From an uncultured Candidatus Binatia bacterium (GTDB lineage: Bacteria > Desulfobacterota > Binatia > UBA9968 > JAJDTQ01): DNA of 64,000 nucleotides. The translations under genes and the position numbers were made by a program. Shown here one piece after another: positions 18,707 through 28,060 of this stretch (position 1 is its first letter; each line of letters starts with the position of its first letter). The stretch spans positions 3,504,628 to 3,568,627 of the forward strand of contig OZ243984.1 in the NCBI GenBank assembly GCA_965214905.1. The letters are read 5' to 3'. The notes below the pieces were generated by a model, which was not told the DNA's origin, did not search any database, and worked only from the letters and a program-made list of their open reading frames with translations.

Positions 18707-19900
18707 ATGGACGGTTCACAAAGCCCGGCCGTCACCGGGCTTCCGGCGAATACATGGCGCCTGCACGCCCGTGGCAGGGAGATCTACCTTGTCGGCACGG
18801 CGCACGTGTCGTCGGAGAGCATCGAAGACGTGCGCAACACCGTGGAGATGGTGGAGCCTGACGCCATTTGCGTGGAGCTGTGCCAAGCCCGGTACGAGGC
18901 ATTGACACGGCCTGATGCATGGCAGAAGACGGACGTCTTCAAGGTCATCAAGGAGGGCAAGGCGGCCCTGCTGCTGAGCCAGTTGATCATGTCGGCGTTC
19001 TACAAGCGCATGGGCGATCGGCTCGGGGTCCGGCCCGGCGCCGATATGCTGGAGGGCGTCAATCTGGCCCATGAGCGGGACGTGGAGCTGGTGCTGGCCG
19101 ACCGCGACGTCCAGGTGACGATGAAGAGAACCTGGCGGCATCTCGGCGTCTGGAACAAGCTGAAGCTGCTCTTCCTGCTCGTCACCAGCGCGCTGGTGGA
19201 GCCGGACATCGACAAGGACGCCGTGGACGATCTCAAGCGGCCGGACCGGTTGGGGGATGTCCTGATGGAATTCGCCGAAGCCTTTCCAGCCGTGAAGCAA
19301 TGCATTATCGACGAGCGAGACATCTACCTGGCGCAGCGGATCAGGGAGGCCGAAGGGCAGAAGGTCGTGGCGGTGGTGGGCGCGGGGCACGTGCCGGGAA
19401 TCGCTCGTGAGATTCACCGGGACCACCCGCTCGCTCCCCTCGAAACGGTGCCCGAGCGCTCGTACGGGTCCAGGAGCATCAAGTGGCTGGTGCCTTCGCT
19501 GATCGTGGCAATCATCGCGTATGGATTCTATCGCGCCGGCGCCGCTCATTCCCTGGAGTCCATCTCCATCTGGGTGCTGGTGAACGGCGTACTTGCGGCC
19601 GTTGGGGCGGCTCTGGCTCTGGGCCATCCGGTAACGGTGCTGGCCGCGTTCCTGGCGGCGCCCATCACCAGCCTCAACCCGACCATCGCCGCCGGATGGG
19701 TCTCGGGACTGGTTCAGGCCTGGGTCAAGAAGCCGACGGTGGCCGACCTCGAGGCAATGCCCGAGGTGGTGACGTCGTTTCCCAAGGGGCTTTGGCGGAA
19801 CACCGTCTCGCGTATACTGCTTGTGGTGGTATTCTCGAACCTGGGAAGCACCTTGGGAACGTTCATCGGCGGCAGTTGGATCGCCGCACGTTCGTTCTAG
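18707..19900 (+). CDS. TraB/GumN family protein
   Basis: EIYLVGTAHVSSESIEDVRNTVE...VELCQARY motif, and C-terminal TM segments. Confidence 0.8.
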   Translation: MDGSQSPAVTGLPANTWRLHARGREIYLVGTAHVSSESIEDVRNTVEMVEPDAICVELCQARYEALTRPDAWQKTDVFKVIKEGKAALLLSQLIMSAFYKRMGDRLGVRPGADMLEGVNLAHERDVELVLADRDVQVTMKRTWRHLGVWNKLKLLFLLVTSALVEPDIDKDAVDDLKRPDRLGDVLMEFAEAFPAVKQCIIDERDIYLAQRIREAEGQKVVAVVGAGHVPGIAREIHRDHPLAPLETVPERSYGSRSIKWLVPSLIVAIIAYGFYRAGAAHSLESISIWVLVNGVLAAVGAALALGHPVTVLAAFLAAPITSLNPTIAAGWVSGLVQAWVKKPTVADLEAMPEVVTSFPKGLWRNTVSRILLVVVFSNLGSTLGTFIGGSWIAARSF

Positions 19901-19952
19901 TGTTGCGTTTCATATTTGCGATGACTCATCACCGAGCCATTTGGACAGCCCT

Positions 19953-20100
19953 TCCGACTCCCTCTCCCTCTGGGAGAGGGTTGGGGTGAGGGTCCCCCGT
20001 GTGCGAGCCGCCGGTTGGGAGCGACCAGTAAAGGAGGGCAGGTTTGTTCGGGGCGCCCTCACCCGGCCTTCGGCCACCCTCTCCCAGAGGGAGAGGGGAG
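19953..20100. repeat. Inverted pair of roughly 33-bp palindromic units (CCCTCTCCCTCTGGGAGAGGG core) about 65 bp apart; a REP-like element
   Basis: 19953-19990 ccctctccctctgggagagggttggggtgaggg; 20058-20100 is its reverse complement plus an extra GGCCTTCGGCC hairpin. Confidence 0.7.
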
Positions 20101-20175
20101 TTATTCATCGCCGACCACTTCTTGCGGGAACGGGGTGAAGACATGGGACAGGGTCAACACATTTACGGAACGCGA

Positions 20176-20372
20176 CTCCAGGAGCCTGTATCGGCCGGTA
20201 GCGCGATGCAGGCAGGGGCGGGTTTCTACGGCGCAGGCTCCTAGGAGTCTGCGCCGTAGAACAGTTTTGGGCACATTATCATACCACATGTAGTGTTAAT
20301 GGAGTTACTATAACGCTATATATAGTGGCTAAGATTTCCTACGGCGCAGGCTCCTAGGAGCCTGTATCGGTT
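20176..20372. repeat. Composite REP/MITE-like element: a degenerate hairpin, then a perfect 34-bp palindrome CTACGGCGCAGGCTCCTAGGAG(T)CTGCGCCGTAG, then a 79-bp AT-rich insert (20259-20337), then a second half-palindrome
   Basis: This is a direct read of the sequence. The insert is about 33% GC against a roughly 65% background. Both flanks share the ...CTACGGCGCAGGCTCCTAGGAGCCTGTATCGG motif. Confidence 0.7.
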
Positions 20373-20413
20373 GATTCGTGTGAAGTATCCGTTTTCTCGA
20401 CAGGAGGGTACCC

Positions 20414-21139
20414 ATGGCAGAACCGGCAAACGTCAAGATCGGCTTCGTCACGCCGATATCGAGTTCCAGTCCCCACTTCGAGCCGTTCAAGGCGTTCATT
20501 CCCAAGGACGTGGAGATGGAATTCGAAGGTCTCGGAATCGTCCGCGGGTCCCTGGAGAGCCTCCGCGGCACCGGAGACAGGGTCGTGGAGACATCGGCCC
20601 GGCTGGCGCGGGAGCGCGGGTGGCAGGGCGTCATCGTCAGCGGGGCGCCGGTGGAAGTGCTCAACCCCGGACTGCTGGCGAGATTGAAGGACGCCGTGGA
20701 CGTGCCGGTGACGACGGCGCTGGAGTCCTGCGCCGAAGCGCTGAAGTCTCTTTCGACCCCCAGGGTGCTGCTGCTGACCCCGTTCGTCGAGTCCATGAAC
20801 AAGCTGATCCGCGACTATCTCGCCGACTGCGGCATCGAGGCAATCTCGCCCGCGGATACCTTCGACGACTATCGCGACGCGATGACGGTCGAACCCGACG
20901 AGGTGTACGCACTGACGGAAACGGCGTTCAAGGCGAACCCGGAGGTGCAGGCGATCTACTTCCAGGGAGCGGTGCTGGATCCGTTGAAGGTTCTGGACCG
21001 GATCGAGCACGATATGGCGAGACCGGTGGTGGCGAGCAATCCGGCCATGCTCTGGTTCATGCTCTCCAGGGTGGGTTTCTCGTGCAGCATTTCCGGCTAC
21101 GGAACGCTGTTGCGGGACTGGCCCGGCATCAAGAGCTGA
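20414..21139 (+). CDS. Asp/Glu/hydantoin racemase superfamily protein (arylmalonate decarboxylase / maleate isomerase-like)
   Basis: 241 aa with an Asp/Glu-racemase-like two-lobe pattern (...VLLLTPFVE..., ...IYFQGAVLD...). RBS is CAGGAGGG. Confidence 0.65.
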   Translation: MAEPANVKIGFVTPISSSSPHFEPFKAFIPKDVEMEFEGLGIVRGSLESLRGTGDRVVETSARLARERGWQGVIVSGAPVEVLNPGLLARLKDAVDVPVTTALESCAEALKSLSTPRVLLLTPFVESMNKLIRDYLADCGIEAISPADTFDDYRDAMTVEPDEVYALTETAFKANPEVQAIYFQGAVLDPLKVLDRIEHDMARPVVASNPAMLWFMLSRVGFSCSISGYGTLLRDWPGIKS

Positions 21140-21226
21140 GAAGCGGACGGGCCCTCTCGCCCCTTGTTTTCTTGCGGGAGGGGCGAGAGAGCGTCCGAGA
21201 CGGCAAGGTCCGGCGCGTCCCGCGCG

Positions 21227-24200
21227 TTACGCCCAGAATCTTGCGTAGCCCCAACCGAGGGCTCCGAGCCCCACCACCGCGCCGAAGATCCACTGCCAGT
21301 AGGGCTCCAGCACCAGCTTTCCCTCGATCTGCTGCTTGAGAGCGTCACGTTCAGCCGCCGCCACGGTCACCTGCCGGGTGAGTTCCTGTTTGTCTGCACC
21401 CAGGGCTGTTACCGCCTGTTCTTTTTCTGCGCGGGTCTGTTCGAGTGAGCGGGTGGTTTCATCGAGCTGTTGCTGCAGTCGAGCGGCAGTCTGGTCGTGG
21501 GCGGCAGCGAGGGAGGCGAGTTTTTCTGCGGCCTCCCGTTCCTTGGCGGCGAGGTCGGCTGCGGCCTGTTCTTTTTCTGCGCGGGTCTGTTCGAGTGAGC
21601 GGGTGGTTTCATCGAGCTGTTGCTGCAGTCGAGCGGCGGTCTGGTCGTGGGCGGCGGCGAGGGAGGCGAGTTTTTCTGCGGCCTCCCGTTCCTTGGCGGC
21701 GAGGTCGGCTGCGGCCTGTTCTTTTTCTGCGCGGGTCTGTTCGAGTGAGCGGGTGGTTTCATCGAGCTGTTGCTGCAGTCGAGCGGCGGTCTGGTCGTGG
21801 GCGGCGGCGAGGGAGGCGAGTTTTTCTGCGGCCTCCCGTTCCTTGGCGGCGAGGTCGGCTGCGGCCTGATCCTTTTCTGCGCGAGTTAGTTCGAGCGCAC
21901 GGGTGGTTTCATCGAGCTGTTGCTGCAGTCGAGCGGCGGTCTGGTCGTGGGCGGCGGCGAGGGAGGCGAGTTTTTCTGCGGCCTCCCGTTCTTTGGCGGC
22001 GAGGTCGGCTGTAGCCTGATCCTTTTCTGCGCGAGTTAGTTCGAGTGAGCGGGTGGTTTCATCGAGCTGTTGCTGCAGTCGAGCGGCGGTCTGGTCGTGG
22101 GCGGCGGCGAGGGAGGCGAGTTTTTCTGCGGCCTCCCGTTCTTTGGCGGCGAGGTCGGCTGTAGCCTGTTCTTTTTCGATCCGGTTTTGTTCAAGTGAGC
22201 GGGCTACCTCGGCCAAGCGCTTTTCAAGCTGTTCTATGGCGTTTTGATGCGCGGACGCCAGCGTGGCCATTTGCAATGCCAACTGTTGTTTGTCCGCGGT
22301 CAACGCGCCCATCGCCCGTTGTCGCTCGGCCTCCGTCTTCTCCAGGGAACGTTCCGTTTCGGCGAGTTGCTGCTCGAGTCGACGCCTGGCTGCATCGTCG
22401 GCAGGGTCTTGCGCCGCCATCTCCTGTTTGAGGGCGGCCAGTTCGGCCTGAGCCTGTGCCTTTTCGGTCCGGGCCTTCTCCAGTGATGTTGTGGTTTGAT
22501 CCAGTTGTTGTCGTAACTGTTGGACGGCCTGTTCATGGCCGGCCGTCAACTCCGTCAACTGTTGCGTGAGGTCCCGTTGGTCCGCGGTCAGGCCAGCGAG
22601 TGCCAGTTCCTTTTCGACCCGTGTCTGTGCCAGAGAACGTGTGGTCTGATCCAGTCGTTGCTGTAACTGTTGGACGGCCCGTTCATGGGCGGCCGTCAAC
22701 TCCGTCAACTGTTGCGTGAGATCCCGTTGACTGGCGGTGAGGGCAGCGAGTTCCTGGTCCTTTTGCGTCCGGACCTGTTCCAGAGAACCCGTGGCTTGCG
22801 CCAGTTGTTGCTGTAGCTGTTGGACGGCCTGCTCATGGGCAGCAGTGAGGGACGTGAGGCTTTGTGTGGTTTGTTTTTCCTTGGCGGCCAAGTCGTCCAG
22901 CGCATTTACGTTCTCGGCGCGGGATTGTTCGAGGGCGCGCGTGGTTTGGTCGAGTTGTTGCTGTAGCTGTTGGACGGCCTGATCATGGGCGGCGTTGAGA
23001 GACGCAATTTTTTGCACGGCCTCCTGTTCTTTGGCGGCGAGGTCGTCCAGGGTTTTTTCGTTTTCGGCGCGGGATTGTTCGAGGGAGCGGGTGGTTTGGC
23101 CGAGTTGTTGCTGTAGCTGTTGGACGGCCTGATCATGGGCGGCAGTGAGAGATGCGATTTTTTGAGCGGCGGCCTGTTCTTTGGCGGCGAGGTCGTCCAG
23201 GGTTTTTACGTTTTCGGCGCGGGACTGTTCGAGGGAGCGGGCGGTTTGGCCGAGTTGCTGCTGTAGCTGTTGGACGGCCTGATCATGGGCGGCAGTGAGA
23301 GATGCGATTTTTTGAGCGGCGGCCTGTTCTTTGGCGGCGAGGTCGTCCCGGGTTTTTACGTTTTCGGCGCGGGACTGTTCGAGGGAGCGGGTGGTTTGGC
23401 CGAGTTGTCGCTGTAGCTGTTGAACGGCCTGATCATGGGCGGCAGTGAGGGAGGCAATTTTTTGAGCGGCGGCCTGCTCTTTGGCGGCGAGGTCGTCCCG
23501 GGTTTTTTCATTTTCGGCGCGAGACTGTTCGAGGGAGCGGGTGGTTTGGCCGAGTTGCTGCCGTAGCTGTTGGACGGCCTGGTCGTGGGCGGCGTTGAGG
23601 GAGGCGACCTTCCGGGCGGCTTCCTCCTCCCCGGCGGCGAGGTCGTCCAGGGTTTTTTCGTTTTCGGCGCGGGATTGTTCGAGGGAGCGCGTCACCTGTG
23701 ACAACTGCTGCTCCAGTCGAGCCAGAGACGTTTTCTGGGTAGCGACTTCGGCCTCCAGGGACTGCCTGAGTGCGTTCAGCCGGTCGGTTTCGGTGCTCAT
23801 CTCTGTGATGGCACGGTCCTGCTGTGCGACCTGGGCAGCCAGCCCTTCCACTTGTGCGCTCAGTTCGTCCCGCTTGCGCACGAGTGCGGCGAAGTCGTCC
23901 TCCAGCGCGGTCTTGGCCGTGGTCAGAAGCGCGTTCTGCTGCACCAGAGAATCTCTCAGACTGGCCAGCTCCCGAGTCCTCGCGTTCAAGTCCAGCACGG
24001 TGGACGTTCTCTGGTCGAGCTGTACGGTGAGTTCATCGACGGTTCCGAGCGTGCTGTCCCTCTCGGCCGTCAAAGCGGCGACTCTCCGCCGGTACCGGTC
24101 CGCCGTGCGGCGTCCCTCGTCAATGACAGCGCTCATTTCCTGTCCGACCTGGGCCAGGGACGCCGTCAACTGGTTGATCTGCCGTTGGGCGTCCGCGAGC

Positions 24201-24445
24201 TCCCGCCCCCTCGACTCGATCAACTCCTCGGATCGGTTTGCGTCTTGCGTAAGCTGATCGACTCTGGCTTCGAGCGCGGTGACCTCCTGGCCTCGTTGCC
24301 GGAGGTCTTGCGTGAGGGCGGCGTTTGCCGCCTCGACGCTTTGCTTTTCGCGGTTCAGTTGCTCATGTTCTTCGACCGAGACGCATGAGGCGAGGGACAC
24401 GAATAGTGCGCCCAGAAGGCAAAGGGTTTTGGTGTGGTGCATCAT
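21227..24445 (-). CDS. Giant coiled-coil repeat protein (about 1070 aa). It has an N-terminal lipoprotein signal (…LFVSLASC) and a C-terminal hydrophobic anchor (…YWQWIFGAVVGLGALGWGYARFWA).
   Basis: The start MMHHTKTLCLLGALFVSLASC carries the lipobox LASC. The central roughly 750 aa are 50-aa heptad-rich repeats (…AAKEREAAEKLASLAAAHDQTAARLQQQLDETTRSLEQTRAEKEQAAADL…). Confidence 0.8.
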   Translation of the reverse strand: MMHHTKTLCLLGALFVSLASCVSVEEHEQLNREKQSVEAANAALTQDLRQRGQEVTALEARVDQLTQDANRSEELIESRGRELADAQRQINQLTASLAQVGQEMSAVIDEGRRTADRYRRRVAALTAERDSTLGTVDELTVQLDQRTSTVLDLNARTRELASLRDSLVQQNALLTTAKTALEDDFAALVRKRDELSAQVEGLAAQVAQQDRAITEMSTETDRLNALRQSLEAEVATQKTSLARLEQQLSQVTRSLEQSRAENEKTLDDLAAGEEEAARKVASLNAAHDQAVQQLRQQLGQTTRSLEQSRAENEKTRDDLAAKEQAAAQKIASLTAAHDQAVQQLQRQLGQTTRSLEQSRAENVKTRDDLAAKEQAAAQKIASLTAAHDQAVQQLQQQLGQTARSLEQSRAENVKTLDDLAAKEQAAAQKIASLTAAHDQAVQQLQQQLGQTTRSLEQSRAENEKTLDDLAAKEQEAVQKIASLNAAHDQAVQQLQQQLDQTTRALEQSRAENVNALDDLAAKEKQTTQSLTSLTAAHEQAVQQLQQQLAQATGSLEQVRTQKDQELAALTASQRDLTQQLTELTAAHERAVQQLQQRLDQTTRSLAQTRVEKELALAGLTADQRDLTQQLTELTAGHEQAVQQLRQQLDQTTTSLEKARTEKAQAQAELAALKQEMAAQDPADDAARRRLEQQLAETERSLEKTEAERQRAMGALTADKQQLALQMATLASAHQNAIEQLEKRLAEVARSLEQNRIEKEQATADLAAKEREAAEKLASLAAAHDQTAARLQQQLDETTRSLELTRAEKDQATADLAAKEREAAEKLASLAAAHDQTAARLQQQLDETTRALELTRAEKDQAAADLAAKEREAAEKLASLAAAHDQTAARLQQQLDETTRSLEQTRAEKEQAAADLAAKEREAAEKLASLAAAHDQTAARLQQQLDETTRSLEQTRAEKEQAAADLAAKEREAAEKLASLAAAHDQTAARLQQQLDETTRSLEQTRAEKEQAVTALGADKQELTRQVTVAAAERDALKQQIEGKLVLEPYWQWIFGAVVGLGALGWGYARFWA
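21380..23700. repeat. Tandem array of about 15 copies of a 150-bp unit inside the coiled-coil gene. Several copies are identical (for example 21481-21630, 21631-21780 and 21781-21930).
   Basis: Seen directly. Lines 21541-21600 and 21691-21750 are identical, and the period is 150 bp, which equals 50 aa. Confidence 0.85.
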
Positions 24446-24651
24446 ACCGTTGGTTCCGTTTATGGGCGGTTTCGCGACGCATGTAGTGGCGCGCGCCGCA
24501 AACACGCCGATGTTACAAAGTGTCAAGTACCTAGCAGACTTGGGCGGCAACAAGCAACGCCAGAACGTCCAACGACCTGTTTCCACACGGCGGGAGCGGG
24601 TCGGAAGCCCCCTCGCGCGGGCGTTCCGCGTGACCGGCCAGGACCTTCCCA

Positions 24652-25827
24652 TTAGATGACCTGTCGGCCGCGTAGCTCTTCGATGGCGCCCGGGGCGTAC
24701 CCCAGGGCTTGCAGGATTTCGTCGGTATTCTCACCGAGCATCGGCGGAGGCGTCGGAGTCTCCGGCGGCGTGCGGCTCATGTTGACGCCGCTGCCCACCA
24801 GCTTCACCTTCCCCATCGTCGGGTGCTCCACTTCGATGGGGAAGCCGTACTGCCGCACCTGCGGATCGTTGAACACGTCCTCGAGGTTGTTCAACGGGGT
24901 GGAGGGCACGTCGTGCTCTTCAAGCTTGCGCAGCCACACGTCGCGCGAGTCCCGGCCAAAGATGACCTGCAGTTCCTCTTCCAGCAGGTCGTGGTTGTCG
25001 GTGCGGCCCTTCTTGTCCGCGAATCGTGCATCTTCGGCCCATTCAGGCCTCCCGACGACTTCCAGCAGGCCGAGCCAGAACTTGGTGGGCGAGGAAAGGT
25101 GTACCACGAAGGGTTTGCCGTCCCGGTCGACGAATGCAAAGACGCCGGCGGTGCGGGTGCGGTCGGCCCGGCCGGGCACCACGCCGGTCTCGAAGAAACG
25201 GGCGCAGTTCTCCGCGGTGAACGACACCGACGCCCGCAGCAGGGACGTTTCGATGATCTGTCCCTCTCCGGTCATCATCCGGTTCACCAGCGCCGCCAGC
25301 ACGCCGTAGCACGCGTAGACCCCGGTGAGGTGGTCGGACAGGGATATGCCCATGCCCTTGGGTTGGTCGGGATCGGTGAGCAGGCTCAGCAACCCGCTCA
25401 TTCCCTGGCCCACGGTATCGAAGCCGGGCCGGTCACGATACGGTCCTTCCTGGCCGAAGCCGGAGATGGAGCAGTAGATGATCCTGGGGTTCAACGGGCG
25501 AATCGAGTGGTAATCCAGGCCCCGGCGGGCCATGACGCCCGGGCGGTGGTTCTCGATCAGCACGTCGGCCTCGGCCGCCAGCCGGCGGCAGATGTCCCGG
25601 CCCTCCTCGCTGCGGATGTCCAGGGTGATGCTCTTCTTGTTCCGGTTCAGGCTGCAGAAGGTGGCCGAATAGAGTCGCTCGCCCCAGCCCCGGAACGGAT
25701 CGCCGTGTTCCCGTTCCTCGACCTTGATGACTTCGGCGCCGAGGTCGGCCATGAGCATGGAAGCGAACGGGCCGGTGACGTAGCTGGCCAGCTCCAGGAT
25801 CCTTATGCCTTCGAGTGTTCCCGCCAT
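24652..25827 (-). CDS. CoA transferase, family III (CaiB/BaiF-like)
   Basis: The N-terminus LEGIRILELASYVTGPFASMLMADLGAEVIKVE is the family III CoA-transferase signature. Confidence 0.9.
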   Translation of the reverse strand: MAGTLEGIRILELASYVTGPFASMLMADLGAEVIKVEEREHGDPFRGWGERLYSATFCSLNRNKKSITLDIRSEEGRDICRRLAAEADVLIENHRPGVMARRGLDYHSIRPLNPRIIYCSISGFGQEGPYRDRPGFDTVGQGMSGLLSLLTDPDQPKGMGISLSDHLTGVYACYGVLAALVNRMMTGEGQIIETSLLRASVSFTAENCARFFETGVVPGRADRTRTAGVFAFVDRDGKPFVVHLSSPTKFWLGLLEVVGRPEWAEDARFADKKGRTDNHDLLEEELQVIFGRDSRDVWLRKLEEHDVPSTPLNNLEDVFNDPQVRQYGFPIEVEHPTMGKVKLVGSGVNMSRTPPETPTPPPMLGENTDEILQALGYAPGAIEELRGRQVI

Positions 25828-25831
25828 GGTG

Positions 25832-28060
25832 TCAAGCCTCGATGCGGATGTCCCAAAGGTCTTCCTCGCCGCCGAGTTCCGGGCAGTAGACGTCCACCTG
25901 GAGCAGCGTGGCGCAGCCGGGACAGATGTATTCGTGGTACCGTCCCAGATAGGGCTCACCGGAGGCCGGCCGCTGGCCGCCGATCTCGTCCAGCTCGACG
26001 ACGCGTTTGAGACAGCGCTTCTTGTAGTTTTCGTCGGGACCGCCGAAAACGAAGCCGCAGCGCATGCAGTGGATCCGCTTTCCGCTGCCGTTGCGGACCA
26101 CCTCGAGGGTCTCGTGGATCCGCGCCACCGGCTGCCGTTCGGCGGTGTCGCCGTTCGAGGCCGGGTCCGCGGTCACCGGCGTGGCCTGCTCGAACCGGGC
26201 CTGCCGTATGGCTCGGCGCCGTGCGTCGGTTTCGGCTTCGTCGACCGTGGCGCCCTCGCCGCGCAGGACCACGCCGTAGACCCGCCGCGCGGTTTCTTCC
26301 GTGGACACGCCCACACGGACGTCCCGCGCCACCGCCGCCGGGTCCCGGTCCAGCGGATCGCCGTAGCCGCCGCCGCTCTGGACGTAGTCGCTCAGGACCG
26401 TGAACTCGGGCAGCGATACGCGCCCCGGGGCGCCTTCCGGCACCAACACCTTGCCCCAGCCGTCGCCTTCGATCTCGTCCAGCCGGGCGGGGTAGTGGCC
26501 GTCCGCCAATCGCTTCTCGATGTCGCCGTCGGTCAGGAAGATGGCCCGGATGCCGCCGGGCCCCGCGGGATGCCCGCCGAAGAGTCCGTAGGCGCCCTGG
26601 GGTATCCAGCCGTAGGGCTTGAAGTCCGTGGAGAAGTCCTGCGAGCCGTAGACCATGAAGATCCGGTAGGTGCCGACCCCGCCGCGGTACTTGCCGAAGC
26701 CGGAGCCGTCGGTGTTGTGGTTGCGCGAGAAATAGAGCAGCGGGTACTGCATCTCGGTGCGCTCGACGTCGCTGATGCCCCCGGACGGGATGTTCATGTG
26801 GCCGCCGGTGTTGACGCCGTCCCGCAAGGGGCTGGCCCCGAGTCCGCTGCCGTGGATGTCGTAGATGCCCATGGCGGTGCGGACCCCTTCACGATTGTGG
26901 CCGGCGGGTATGTAGCCGGGACCGCCTTCGTACCAGGTGGCGTACCAGGTCGCGGGAACGTCCTGGGACCGCCCGGCGGCGAACAGCATCTTGCCGGCGG
27001 CCTCGCACACCGCCGCCACCAGGATGCCGCCCACCACCGGGGCGGCGGCGCAGGCCGCGGGGAAGCGGCAGTTCAACACCGACCCTTCCGGGACCACGAG
27101 ATCGATGGGGGCGAACTTGCCGTCGCTCCAGGGGACGTCCCAGAAGAGCGTGTTGGTGATGGCGACGCCGATCAGCGCCCGGGTGCTGGGGAAGGTCGAG
27201 TTGACGTCGCTGGTGGTCTGGGGGCTGGTGCCGGTGGTGTCCAGCGTCAGATGATCCCCCTTTTTCGTCAGCGTGCACATGATCCGGAGCGGTGCGGCCT
27301 TGCGGCTCCTGGTGTCCAGAAACGTCAGGTAGGTGCGTCCGGTCCAGGTGCCGTCCGGCAGGGATCGGAGCTTGGCGCGGGCCGCCGCCTCGGTGTCGCT
27401 GATGATCCGGGCGCCCGCGGCCTGGACGAACTCCAGGCCGAACTTGTCCACCAGGCCGAGATAGCGCCGGGCGCATACGTTATTGCCGGCGATCATGGCC
27501 TTGAGGTCCAGCCCCACGTACTGCGGGTCCCGGCACTGCTCGGTCAGGGACTTGAACACGTCCTCGCGGAAGATGTCGCGTTCCACCACCTTGAGGCCCA
27601 TGATCCGGATGCCCTCATGGAAGATCTCGGTGGCGGCGCCGCGCAGGTTGCCGCCGGTGTCCGCGGTATGGGTGCTGGTGGCCACCCAGCCGATGAGCCC
27701 GCCGTCGTGGAAGATCGGCTTGATCACCATCATGTCGTAGGTGTGCGCTCCCGCCACGTAAGGATCGTTGAAGAAGAACTGGTCGCCGTCGAAGAACCCC
27801 GGCGATTCTCCAAAGCAGTCGATGAGGTTCTTGATGGCGTCCGACGTGGCATGGGCGAAGCGCAGGTGCCCGGAGCAGGCCAGCACCATGGTGCCGGCGG
27901 CGTCGTAGAACGAGCTCATGCACTCTCCGCCCTGGGCGACGATGGGGGAGGCGGTGACGCGCTGCAGCGTCATCCGGCCTTCCTCGCCGATGGCCCAGAG
28001 ACGGTGCAGGAACATCTCGTAGCGGATGGGATCGATTTCGCAGGTATCGTGGGGGTTCAT
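25832..28060 (-). CDS. Hydantoinase B / oxoprolinase family protein (HyuB-like) with a C-terminal Cys4 zinc-ribbon extension (acetone-carboxylase-gamma-like)
   Basis: HyuB-like body (...DPYVAGAHTYDMMV...GGGYGDPLDRDPAAV...), then about 150 aa with CMRCG...CPGC. The start MNPHDTCEIDP has a GAGAAAGGG RBS. Confidence 0.75.
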   Translation of the reverse strand: MNPHDTCEIDPIRYEMFLHRLWAIGEEGRMTLQRVTASPIVAQGGECMSSFYDAAGTMVLACSGHLRFAHATSDAIKNLIDCFGESPGFFDGDQFFFNDPYVAGAHTYDMMVIKPIFHDGGLIGWVATSTHTADTGGNLRGAATEIFHEGIRIMGLKVVERDIFREDVFKSLTEQCRDPQYVGLDLKAMIAGNNVCARRYLGLVDKFGLEFVQAAGARIISDTEAAARAKLRSLPDGTWTGRTYLTFLDTRSRKAAPLRIMCTLTKKGDHLTLDTTGTSPQTTSDVNSTFPSTRALIGVAITNTLFWDVPWSDGKFAPIDLVVPEGSVLNCRFPAACAAAPVVGGILVAAVCEAAGKMLFAAGRSQDVPATWYATWYEGGPGYIPAGHNREGVRTAMGIYDIHGSGLGASPLRDGVNTGGHMNIPSGGISDVERTEMQYPLLYFSRNHNTDGSGFGKYRGGVGTYRIFMVYGSQDFSTDFKPYGWIPQGAYGLFGGHPAGPGGIRAIFLTDGDIEKRLADGHYPARLDEIEGDGWGKVLVPEGAPGRVSLPEFTVLSDYVQSGGGYGDPLDRDPAAVARDVRVGVSTEETARRVYGVVLRGEGATVDEAETDARRRAIRQARFEQATPVTADPASNGDTAERQPVARIHETLEVVRNGSGKRIHCMRCGFVFGGPDENYKKRCLKRVVELDEIGGQRPASGEPYLGRYHEYICPGCATLLQVDVYCPELGGEEDLWDIRIEA

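Noticed and set aside
21336-22014. Repetitive plus-strand ORFs (…SSCCCSRAAVWSWAAAREASF… repeats)
   Set aside because: These are alternative-frame or antisense readings of the 150-bp tandem array. The minus-strand coiled-coil frame is the coherent one.
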